In this document: positions 42,613 through 54,357 of the stretch, piece after piece
How positions within the stretch are numbered: position 1 is the first letter of the stretch
Layout of the letters: every line of letters begins with the position of its first letter
Assembly (NCBI GenBank): GCA_021613535.1
Contig: CP075493.1
Location: 9,982,001 to 10,046,000, forward strand
Source: Adineta vaga
Taxonomy: Eukaryota; Animalia; Rotifera
Reading direction: 5' to 3'
DNA length: 64,000 nucleotides
Translations under genes and position numbers: made by a program
The notes under the pieces: generated by a model
The model's database searches: none
Told to the model about the DNA's origin: nothing
Seen by the model: only the letters and a program-made list of their open reading frames with translations

Positions 42613-45600
42613 TTAATTCGAAATTAACGGTAAACGTAATTGTTGTGGTGGAATTGAAGAATAAAAAAGAAGATAAGCATGAACATTATTGTCAAGTTCA
42701 CGTACATCAGCTGTACGAATCGATTCATCATCGCAATAATACCATTGATTACCATCTTTACAAAAAGATGTGTAATGACCACTATTCATTGAACCAAAAT
42801 GATTAACAACAGATATGAGAGAATATTTTGGTGATGATCGCGTTTGTGTCCAACGAGAGAAATCAACACTTGATGTTGGATATCGAATTAGGGATTCATT
42901 TTTAATATAACGCATTTGTTGAAGACGAAAACTAGAAAATTAGACAAAAATCAATTTATGTGATACATTAAAGTAAGAAACATGAGCGATATTTCTAATC
43001 ATAAATCTTACTTACCGTTTGAAATGTACGATAAATATTTTTGGTAGTTCCCAAATATCTAGTCGTCGTTTTTTGTCTGATAGACGTTTACATTTCGAAC
43101 ATTCATAACGTTCTTCACCTGTTAAATATTCAAATTCACGAAATAAATCCATACATTCATCTAATGAACATTGTCGCACAGGAGGAATTGGTACACTAAT
43201 AATTGCAAATGTTTCAAAACGAATTGAATTATACGAACATGAAAGACATATAGTAGTTGATTTAAATAAACCATAAAAAAGATCAATAATAATTGATTTA
43301 TTATGTAAATGAAATGCTTGTTTTGATGCATCAGCAAATTGTTGATCATTTTTATAGTTTTCAGCTTTAAGTTCTTCAAGTCGAGGTCGTGTAGCCTATG
43401 TGGAAGAATAGAAACAGATATGCAAACAATGTTTTATTATCTTTTCGAGGTTTCTTTACTTGATTGAGATCTTCATGCAGTGAATCAAGTAGAAATACAA
43501 GAAATTCATGCGCATCTTGTTGTTGTGTACCTAGATAAGCACGTTGAAGTGAGCCGACAATGGATTTAAATGGATATGGTGAAAGTTGAGAGAATTGTCC
43601 ACACCATAAAGCATAGACCAGATTAAACCATTCTTTTACAACCAATCCACCTGAACCAAATTTATTCTTTTGATTAATATCTTTATTGAATTCTCCCACA
43701 AGAAAATAATTTGTTAAATAAAAATTAAAACTTAATGATTGAATAATCGAATTCATATAACAAGAATTGCCAAGATTTTTCAAACCAGTTCGGCGGTTAG
43801 TTTGCAAATTATCTACAATAGCTCGATAATCGTATGCAATTTGACGACGTTTTTGTTCGGTTAAAATTGGTTTTGTATCACGATTCACTGTGGGCGTTGG
43901 TACAGTAGGAGGTTTAGGTAAATCATTTTCGGGAACATTAGGTACATATTGATTGGTTTTCGTATCGAGAATTATTTTTCTAGGAAAAAAGAGAAAGATA
44001 GTAAATACTGACGGAAGAGATTTTTCAACATACCGACCAGTTACTGCATCGAATTTTTTCTGAAATTGTTCGTTTGTATTATTGATCGGAACTGTTCGAT
44101 TAAATGGTCGATAGATTGAAAGTGTTTCACGATTTGGAACAGAAAATGCTGAAGGAGGTTTTGGTGGAATATTTTCTTGATTTGTATGAATTGGTTTAGG
44201 AGGTTTTGAGATTTCGGAAGTGGTAATAGTATTTGGGATGTTTGGTAATGGATGTGGTGAAATATCTGGAACAATTGGAGTAGTAGTAGTAGTTTGTAGT
44301 TCTTGACTCACTGATAGAGACGGTCTAAAATAACAAGAAAACAGACGAAATCAGTTTTATTCTAGCAGAACGTTTCTTTTCGATATTGTGTAATTCTATG
44401 TGATGAATATAGTCGCATTCTTTCGATTTTCATTGAAACTAACCCTGCTGGAGTTATTGGTTTTATAGATCGATTTGGAATTTCTGGTAATTCTCTTATT
44501 ACTATTACTGGTTGCTGTTCCTCCGGTTCTACCTATAATAATGAAAAACTGAGTTGAAATTATTATATGAATCATTGATTAATTACGGGTTTTATTATTG
44601 ATTCTTCTTGATCTGGTTTTTGATTATTGATTGGCTTTTGTGTACGATCAAATTGTGGAATAACAGCAGGTGAAATGACCGCTGCTTCTGGTTGAGCTGC
44701 AGTAGCTGCATCGCTTGGAACTTCTTCCGAGACAATCACATCATCTGGATAGGAAACCTCTACAAATAACAAAATGCAAATTGAGTATTTAAGATTAAGA
44801 CATATTTTCTTACCGAATGATTGAAGACCGTCATTACTTCTATTTGCTATTATTGGAGCTGTATTTTCACCCGGATAATAAGTACACCAATCCTGATAAC
44901 CTCCTTCAAGTATCAATGGTTCATGTTTCAATTTAACATCTCGATCAAACTAGAAAAGAAATTATTTGCTATTAACAATAATAACAATAAACATTCACTG
45001 TTTTCTTACGATATATATTGCTTGTTTTAAACCTTGCAAACAATGATTCGATCTTAAATCATTTTCATAACTTTCTTCATCGAATATTACAATATAATCA
45101 TAAGTATCACGTTGTTTAAATTTCATTGCCGCTTCTGGATCAGTTAAAGCAGATTCTACACCCCACGATGTCCATCTAAATAAAAGAAATATAAAGCAAA
45201 TATTTCGACGAGTTCAATATGTCTTACCCTTTTCCATGCATAAGATCAAATGGAACATGAATACAAGCAGATGTTTTCATATGTGATTGATCATAATGTG
45301 TTTTCGAACGCATATCAATTAATAAAATATTTTTCTTACGTGTGTTCAAAAATTTATACAGTAATTTAGGTAGAATAGATTTGGCCACTACGAAAAGATT
45401 TGTACATCAATCAGATGCAAAATTAAATTAAAAAAAAACTTACAAGAACTTTCCTCATCAATTTCAGCTTGTATTTTCCGTTTTTCTTCCAATTTAACAG
45501 CATTCTTTTCATCATATCTTCAAAAAGAAACAAGTTCAACTGCGAAATTTCGTATCAACAGAATATTTTACCTTAATTTTAAACTTTCCGATAATTGATC

Positions 45601-46040
45601 AGCTTTTTCTAACCAAATCAAAGCACCTTTTTGATAATATTTTACACTATCCTACAATACAATATGAAGATTAAATGTTCATGAAAGATAAACTATCGGA
45701 ATAGATATGAGTAAGACTACTGTTAGGTCAAGAGGAAAATATATTTATAGAAAAAGGAAACTTAAACAATATTTACTTGATTACTAGTAACATCTTTTGC
45801 TTGTTTCAATGCTGTAAAACATGCAAATAATCTCATATAAAGAATATAGGCACGTTCTTCATCACAATTTAATTCAGCTTTTTTTGCTTCTTGCCAAGTT
45901 GATTCAATTGTATGAGTTATCTGTGCACAATTTGATAATTTAGCTTTTTGAATGGATGGATTATCATCTGCACGTTTATTTAATTCTTCTAAATCATTGG
46001 CTATATACAATGGAACTTTCTCTTTTGTTGTTGTCGTCAT
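42613..46040 (-). CDS. USP8: Ubiquitin-specific protease 8
   Basis: N-terminal MIT-like (DEERAYILYMR), rhodanese (LIDMR..LEGGYQDW), Cys box GLKNLGNSCYMNS, QQDAHEFL, His box HFGSMNSGHY. Confidence 0.93.
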
Positions 46041-46086
46041 TGAATTTTACATTTATAATTGAAATAAAAACGAAATAGGTTTATAT

Positions 46087-46126
46087 CTAAAACAAGAAAC
46101 AAGAAATTCTTTTATTTTATTTTATT
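46087..46126 (-). promoter_or_regulatory. Intercistronic signals: triple AATAAA (46111-46126) then a pyrimidine tract and unpaired 3' splice site (AG 46087-46088)
   Basis: Minus strand reads TAA-AAG-AATAAAATAAAATAAAA-GAATTTCTTGTTTCTTGTTTTAG, upstream of the USP8 ATG. Confidence 0.6.
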
Positions 46127-46129
46127 CTT

Positions 46130-48416
46130 TTATGAATCCATTTTATCAGAATCTTCCATCGTCATGTCAGCGAGCATTTCATCAAGACCTATACGAGGAA
46201 TATCGGCATCTTCTTCGTCATCCACAGTATTCGATGCTTGATTAAGTTTTTTCTCGTCTAAAGGTAAACAAATTCTTGTCAAATTATAAAAGTTAATCAT
46301 CTGCTTTTACCTTTATAAACGTTAATATTCTGTCGTAGAACAGGATCTTCTTCGAGATCTTCAAGAAATTCTGTATAATCCCTACAAAAGATAAAGGATC
46401 GAGTACAATTGAAACTGATCTAAGAAATCTAACAAACCGTTCAATAGTACTGTTGACACTGGCCACATCTTCAACATCCATATGTTTCAATTTCCATTGA
46501 CGTCGTCGATTGCGAAGACTCTTATCTGCGTAAACTTTCTTGACAAGAATCTAAATGGATAAATTTACATAAGAGAGAAAAAAAGAAAACAAACTAACCA
46601 CATCGGCTAATTGTTCGAGATCATATTGATCTAAACTTGAATCGCTGACATTACTGTTCTGTAAGTCGAATCTATTTTCCGAAATAAAATAGATTTAAAT
46701 AATATTTCATCATAAATTGATCAACATACCCCATCACTGTATCACCCGGATGTAGAATATGACCAAGATGGCTAATTGTTGAATATTGTTTATCAACAAC
46801 ACCGATTTCAGATCCTTTCATTACATATACTTCAGCCAAAGCATGCTAGAATAAATTCATTTTATGTGTCTTATTCATTCTCAACAACTATGGGTATTCA
46901 TTCAACCGACAAAAATCGATTCTACGATAATCTACTATAGGCAACTAAATCATTAATATCGATAGTAATCTTTTAATAATAATAACAATAGATTTAAAGT
47001 TCAAACCTTATGTGATTCTTTTCCATAGACATGTGGCTTAGAATCTGCATCGAGCACATTAACATCGCAAACAATGTATTCAACTAGATGTTTTGAATCA
47101 CATAGAGCAGTAAATGGTGATCGCCAATAATCATTCGATGAGATCGGTGCAACTACAATTGCATTTTAGATTAAAAAAACGAATTATATTTATATCTTAA
47201 TCTTACCCTTTAATGTTTTTGGATCAATTAAATAGATATTTTGTGTAACACGTGAACAGATACACATTGGACCAATATTACCTAATTGTTTCGATTGTTT
47301 TTTCGATAAACAAACAATATCATCCTAGAACATTGACGAACTCTTCCTATTAATCTCATTATCTTCTCCTTCTTACTTTACAAACAGGTACAATTTCCAC
47401 AAGCGTTGTATATTTATAATTATAAATATTACTATGAATATCATGGGAAATCAACCGTTTAGATGTTTCAAATCTAAACAAAAACTTGCGTTGAGTTTTT
47501 GATAAGAAAAAATAAAAAGATGAACTACCTGCATGGTACAACACACATAAGAAAATCAACTAATTTTCTTGCACTGTTTTGTTCTGCAAAATAGAAATCT
47601 AATCCACCATATACTTGTTTGATATTCGATGCATCAGAATGAGCATTATGTTTTAATAATAACTGTTCAAGATACAAGAAAGTTTTCTTATGTGAAGTCT
47701 AAGTTATAAAAAGAAAATTATCATAAATCATTTTCTCTGAAGAAATTGAATATAATCAACAAACTCGTTGTCGAACTTGTACAAGTGCTTTCCAATAATC
47801 TTTTGCTTCAATTCGTTGACAATCATCACATATTTGATTGAATATCGTGAATTCAACAATAAATGTTTGTTGAAGTATCGCACCTTGAGCTACTTCTTTT
47901 TGAACAGTTAATTTTACTTTAATACGTTTCGAATGAGGTTCAGTCCAAATAAAACCAGCATCAACTAACCGTACCTAGAAAATTCCATCAAACGATTGAC
48001 CAATTATTTCAAATAATGACTATTTACTTCTTTATTTAAACCTTTGATACGTTTTAAACAAACAGTTAATAATTCTCGAGATTCCAATTGTGCACTTATC
48101 CATGTATTCGGTGGTTGAAGATAACTTTTTTCAAAAATAAACAAAATTAGTAAGAAAACGATCGAACTATCAAACATACCGAATGCATTTGTTACACATT
48201 TGTAGTTGACCTTGTTTAGGAATTAGTTCGGTGATGTCAATTTGAGTTTGCATACATCCATTACACATATTAAGTGTATTTGGTTCAATAAGAACTCCAC
48301 ATTGACAACATAAACTAAAAGTAAAGACGATATTAAAAATCAATATGATTGTGATAGTATACACACATTTTTCCTGCTGTAGTTGTTGGTTCGATACTAT
48401 CGGTTATATATTCCAT
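46130..48416 (-). CDS. NMD3: 60S ribosomal export adaptor NMD3
   Basis: CCQCG..IEPN..NMC..C, FIWTEPHSKRIKVKL, W.ALVQVRQ, HLGHIL.PGD, RRWKLK, acidic C-terminus with NES-like LDEMLADMTM. Confidence 0.95.
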
Positions 48417-49149
48417 GATTTAAGTTTTCCTGATATAGAAGATAAGTATGAAATCTAAAAAGAAGAATATTTATAAGAGAAGAGAATGACAGTGAAATAA
48501 CAACACTGAGTCAGACCGAATAGTCGCGAAACAAACAATGACGATGTATTAATTTCGATAAATTATTGGATAGATAAAAATCCAATGTTTTATACTTGAA
48601 GTTTTTATTGGTTATGGCAAGCAGTGCAGTAAAAAGCATATTGACAAATTACAATTGTGGCGCTACTATCGATGACTTTTGTCCAAAGAAGTTAAGATTT
48701 CATGGATATACATTCGTCTGAATTATAAACTGTATCGCGGGTACAAAACGTGATCTTTTTTATTCAAATCTATCGTTAATTAGTAGAATATTGAGAAACT
48801 TTTATATGGGAGGTGAACGTTAAATGAAATCTATTTATGTCAATACCGATGACGTAAATGTACTAAAGTTTCATAGTTGTATGGCAGATAATATATTACT
48901 TGCATAGTAGATTTTTTACCATCGTTTATTTCTTTGTTAAACAATATTCGATAGACTACTATACTATGAAGAAAACATATTTAGTTTATCTCAATCAATA
49001 ATTCAATTATGTGAATGAAAATTACCAGAAAAGATTTAATATCGGTTTTAGTGACTCTTCGAACAATACTATTACATATCCTACATTTTCAGCATTAGAT
49101 TTATCGTTTACATGTTAATTTTATTTTTTTGTTAATAATCATCTTTTTG

Positions 49150-49392
49150 TAATCAATAACACACGTAAAACGACTATTGTTTCAGTACTTTTTATTGATC
49201 TTTATCGTAACATATTTAGAATTTCTTTTACATTTCTGTTATTTTCTTTTCACCTTATGAAAATCAATATGATTATACGTTGCCTGTTTGTGGAGTCTAT
49301 CCGTGTTTCTTTGCAGTACTATTCCTAAGAATATGATATTCTATTGCTCATGACATCATACCTACGTTTCTCATAGTATTATTCATTTTGAA
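49150..49392 (+). pseudogene. Decayed GPCR fragment paralogous to the downstream GPCR
   Basis: Encodes PYENQYDYTLPVCGVYPCF and HDIIPTFLIV, versus SCENEYDFSIPLCGAYPCV and YDILPSFMIA in ORF 50109-50675. Broken by stops and frameshifts. Confidence 0.7.
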
Positions 49393-49672
49393 AACTAATG
49401 AAATTCTTTGATGTAGTTTTTAGTAAATGGAAAAGGAATTCGATTAAAGCTAAAATGTGCAAAAGTAGCCTACATTATGAGAATAATTTGAAAAGTACAG
49501 CTTCTGAAGACGACATAATAGTAGCAAAAAACCTATTTTTTTCCTTAGAAAAAGGAATTATGTTCAAGAGAGAGAGAAGAGAAAGAAAAGTTCTGTTTCT
49601 AGAAGACGACAAAATAAACGGCAATTCTATTATTTACGGAAAATTTTCTTTCACACATAAAGTATCAAACAA

Positions 49673-50675
49673 ATGTATACAACTGACAACTATTTATCAC
49701 TGAACAATCTTTCTGCAAATAGTACTATCGTTTATTCAAATCACTTAGGTTTGAGAGCATTATATTCTGCTCAATTCTGGTTTTATCTTAGTTTTCATAT
49801 ACCATCTGGCATTTGTTACTTATTTCTTCTTCCTTATATCCTTATTAAAAAAACTGAACGACAAGCTCTTCATAATCATTCTATACTTGCGCTTCTTATC
49901 GTTGCCTTTTGTATTGTAATATTCGATTATTCATGGAAAATCGATAGTTATCGACGAGAAGGAAAAGTTTGGCCACAAATATCATTTTTATGTCAAATCT
50001 GGTGGCTTCTATGATGCTTGTACAGTTATTCTAGCATGGTCATCATTTGAACGACATATTCTTATTTTCCATTCTCATCTAGTTGCCACACGACGAAAAC
50101 GAATTGTTGTGCATTATTTACCATTGATTCTAATCATTATATATTTAGCAATCTTTTATATCTATGTCATATTTTTTCCATCCTGCGAGAATGAATATGA
50201 TTTCAGCATACCTCTGTGTGGAGCGTATCCATGCGTTTACTCAATCATGTCGTTAAGTATATGGATAACTGTGGTTTATGATATTTTGCCTTCTTTTATG
50301 ATTGCAATATTCAATGCTGCTTTAATTTTACGTGTCCTATGGCAAAGACTCAGTCACCGTCAGGATTGGAGAAAATGTCAAAAAATGGCTTTTCAATTGC
50401 TGTTCATTGCTATACTCTATCTATCAATCAACTTACCATATATGTTTATTGTCCTGATACATTTAGTTGGCTATGTTGATGTTGGCAATTCAATGGAAAG
50501 CTTTTTGTTTGATATTAGTAGCTTGATACATTATCTCTTACCTTTTGTATGTCTTATATCTCTATCTAAAATATGGACAACACTACAAAGATGTTGTAAA
50601 CACTATGATCGACGCGTTGCGCCCGTCATGACAATTGCAACAAGGCAAAGACAAATGCTAGATGTCAGAACATAA
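49673..50675 (+). pseudogene. Intronless class A GPCR with a frameshift at ~50005 (pseudogene or assembly error)
   Basis: ORF1 (TM1-2, RQALHNH, CQIWW) and the next frame (FYDACTVILAWSSFERH...TM7) overlap with no usable intron. Confidence 0.78.
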
Positions 50676-51436
50676 ATATTATTCATAGAATTGTTTTTAT
50701 GTGAAGTTTCTATGTTATTTTTTAAGTGTAAAGATAATCAAATGAAATACATTTCATTCTTTGATTGACCCATTGACCTCGTTCCCAATGGAAATCATAT
50801 ATAGAAGTGATATTTTTCCTTGTGTAAATGAGAGGGTAGTCTCTTCATTCAAGTTATTGATATAGAACGACTATTCATTGAGTTGTTTATTGTATTCCAT
50901 TGTATAGCAATAAATTCAACATAGATTTTGTATGTTATGGGATATATTTTCAAATAGTAAGTTTAGTTGAAAAATTTTCTGGACAATTTGAATATTTGTT
51001 TCTAATGATAAATTTTGCATTTAAAGCAAAAGTTTTATTTTTGACCATTTAGAGGTCAAAGTATGACAATAATTCAATCATTTCCTATTGAAAAACATTC
51101 AACAATGACAAATGATTCGGTTTTCAACTTTCACAATCATTTCGGGTATAAGATTATCGCTAATCTCTTCAAAAATAATCTCAAAGATTTTTGTCTATAT
51201 AATTTCAATTCATCTCGGAGACATTTTTTTAAAAGCTTCTACGGTATATTTCCTTTATATTGAAAACAAAGTTGCCTCGTTATTTTACTTGATATCTTCG
51301 AATACAACATATCTGCTGTAGGATATATATAGCTTGCCATTTTTTTGTGATTTAACCACAACTAATTAATAGTAGATCAGTAGCCAAGGCGAAACTATCA
51401 TAGTCTAAAATGAATCAATCATTATCATCGTATGAC

Positions 51437-52560
51437 CAGGGCTGCCATCTGGTGAGACCTAAGATGGGGTACAAATATTCTTGAATGGGGTACAAATATT
51501 CTTGAATGGGGTACATTTGAGGTACATTATTGTTCAAAATGGGGTACGTAATGGGGTACACAATTTTTTCATGGTTAACAATAGAACTGATATTAAAAAA
51601 TCCATTTCACAAATTATTTTTTCACGAAAAAAACTTTTTTTAGGTCTTTTCCTCTGTTCTGAAATTAGTCTTCGAATTCTACTTCTTATTTTTGAAACAA
51701 GTGGTTCCCGAACAATTATATATTCTTTTCACTATGTATTCCCTCAGAAAGATAAAAATATTCACTTAAAGTCAAGGACAGAGCCAGAAATTTGTTTGAA
51801 AAAATCGACTACAGGAATATTTTGGCAACCGAAAAATATTAGAGGGATCGAAAACTTTCGGAAATTTTTCTGAAAAATTGAAAAGTATTCAAGCATTTTG
51901 AGAAAATTTTTGTGATCTTTAAAACATTTTCCAATCTTTTATGGTTTTTTTTCAAAATCCTACGAAAAGTGTTGAAAGATTCCTATAATCTTTTCGACAA
52001 CTCCAAGAATAATTTCACAACTTTTAAGTGAAGTATTATTTCTCTTCACAATAACATTTAAAAAAAAATTGCTGTGCTGCCTTTCAAAAGTCCAATATTT
52101 CGATCCGAGTCGAGATCGACCTCTTTAAGCTTTTCAAAAAGGTCTCTACTTAAAGTATGTCGTCTCTAGTTACATTAATTAATAGACATATTTGAACAGC
52201 AATCTTTCTACTTGCTTTTAGCAATTCTAATCAACTGTGTTCGAGATTCTGGAAAAGAAGAAACATTTTTAACTGGTATCTTAGTATTTAGTCGTATCTT
52301 AACTCACATCCATAGCAACTGCTTTACTTGCATCGAATTCGATTGAATATAATGAACGTTTCATTTGACTGAAACGGACTCTTCGCATCTTTCTGCAAAT
52401 GATTATATTAATTACAGTCAATACATTTATTGATTTTAACCGAAGATATTTAGTTTGGTGTGAACAAAAATAGTTCAAATGGGGTACAAAATTTGTACCT
52501 CTGAGGTACAAATTTTTTTGAGGTACAAATCGTTCAAATGGGGTACAGATGGCAGCCCTG
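51437..52560. mobile_element. Non-autonomous TIR DNA transposon (hAT/P-like) with GGGGTACA subterminal repeats
   Basis: Perfect 15-bp TIR CAGGGCTGCCATCTG. Clusters of (G/A)GGTAC at both ends. No TSD detected. Confidence 0.82.
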
Positions 52561-52757
52561 ATTTCAACTATTCAGTTATTCAAGTACTTGAATAGTTCAA
52601 GTTTTGTTCCAAGTTATAGATGTATGCACCGTCCGAAGCACCTTCACTTACGGTTTGCCTTATGCTAGAAAATTTGATTATTTGAATATTTCAAGTTAAG
52701 TTTTAAGTTATACATGTATGATCACTTACTGAAGATGATGAATTATTGAAAAGAATA

Positions 52758-53830
52758 TTATATGGATGATATTGTTGATGAGTATCTGATGATTGATGGA
52801 GATAAATTTTGCGTTGAGAATGTTGGTTGATTATGAACAACATGTTCAATCATTTCGTCCTATTTCGAACAAAACTAAATATAATCCTTTGAGATAAATA
52901 TCATTTAAACGATATGATTAGAATTTTTTTTATAATATAAACATGTATGCAATCGAATCGAATACATTACCTCATCTGATACATTAGCAATTGCATCTGG
53001 TAATACTCGACGAAATTGTCGTTGTTCCTTGTCCATATCTTCAAAATCATCGTTATGTTCAATTTTTTAAATGTGCAATAGAAATTTTTCTGTTGGTAAA
53101 CAAAAAGAAACAGTTCTTTTGTGAACAAATATATTCATTATTGACTGTAAAAAAACAAACAATCAAAAATGATTAGTTTATTTTAATGATTATAATACCT
53201 AAATGATATTTGTTCCGTTACTTTTCATAAATGGATAGTCATCGAAGAGTTTCTGAGTGGAATTTTTAACACTTGAGCCCGTAGACGTCGAGAAATTAAA
53301 ATTTTCTAGTTCGTGATAAATCTATCTATTTGATTAGAAATAAAGCTAAACAACAATAAGAAAAAGGTGTAGGAGTAATGTAAATATGTTGCTGATTTTG
53401 CTCAAAAAAAATTGCGTCATGTGATAAATGAATATACAAATTTTCTTTTCTACTAAATTACATAAAGAAGCGACACTTGTTCGAAGATGTTTACGATTAA
53501 ATTTTTTATCTTGAGGGTTATATCTTCTTGTAAAATAGGACGAATTATAATGGAACGAATAATTGGACAGTCCGAGACACACCAAATAATATAATACAGT
53601 TTATTTGTTATTTTGTTTAATTGAATATGAAAAAGATAGTATTAATAGTTTCTTCAATTATTTTCTTGTTTATTATATAATTCATCAGATAGATCTTCTT
53701 CATTTTATCGGATATTCATATGTCACGAACATACATGGTATTAATTGTAGTCCAATAACAAGTATTGAACAAAATAGTCATTTAAAATGCATTTGATCAA
53801 CATTATGAAAAAATCGCTACAACAAAATAT
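52758..53830 (-). pseudogene. Decayed spliced gene with a C2H2 zinc finger
   Basis: Exon-like blocks with GT/AG ends. YICSQKNCFFLFTNRKISIAHLK/IEH is interrupted by one extra A in an A6 run at ~53063-53068. Upstream blocks contain stops. Confidence 0.4.
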
Positions 53831-54357
53831 AGGTGATGTTGCCAATATCTATGGAATTTCTTTGAAATTTTATGAGATAATTTAAATCTAGTTGTCAAGA
53901 AAAGTTAAGCGCGAACTTCGTTCAACAAATATTTTACAGCTGATGCATCATATTCCGTATAGTCGAGTAAAGCTCGAGTACCGTCTAGTTTTTCAATTTC
54001 TTGCTTTTCATGTTTATTTTTCTATTATATCTGAGAAAATTGAATGGCAATATATTTGTTTATAAATGGAATGTATAGACAATCAAAAAAAAAAGTTTAT
54101 ATAACAAATAGCAGTAGAAAAAGAAGCAAAAGAAGAAAAATGATAGTCACTTATCAAAAAAGCTGTTTGTCAGGAATTACCTAACACATATTAGACAGCA
54201 TTTCTAGTCTAAATCTTATTCTGCATATATGTAGATTAGCGAGATTCATTAATGCAGAATAAATGAAAAATATTCGTTTTTCAAAAATGAAAATACGATG
54301 AATTTACAAAGGAAAAACGAAAGAAAAGAAACCAGTGAACATGTTCAATTACGATAT

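Noticed and set aside
43980-44033. Hydrophobic insert VFTIFLFF in USP8 suggesting a membrane anchor
   Set aside because: It is a stop-free in-frame intron (GTATGT...CCTAG) read through by the ORF finder.
51465-51560. GGGGTACA repeats as a CRISPR array or telomeric repeat, and ORF 51481-51873 as a gene
   Set aside because: No unique spacers or cas genes; they are subterminal repeats of a TIR element, and the ORF is incidental.
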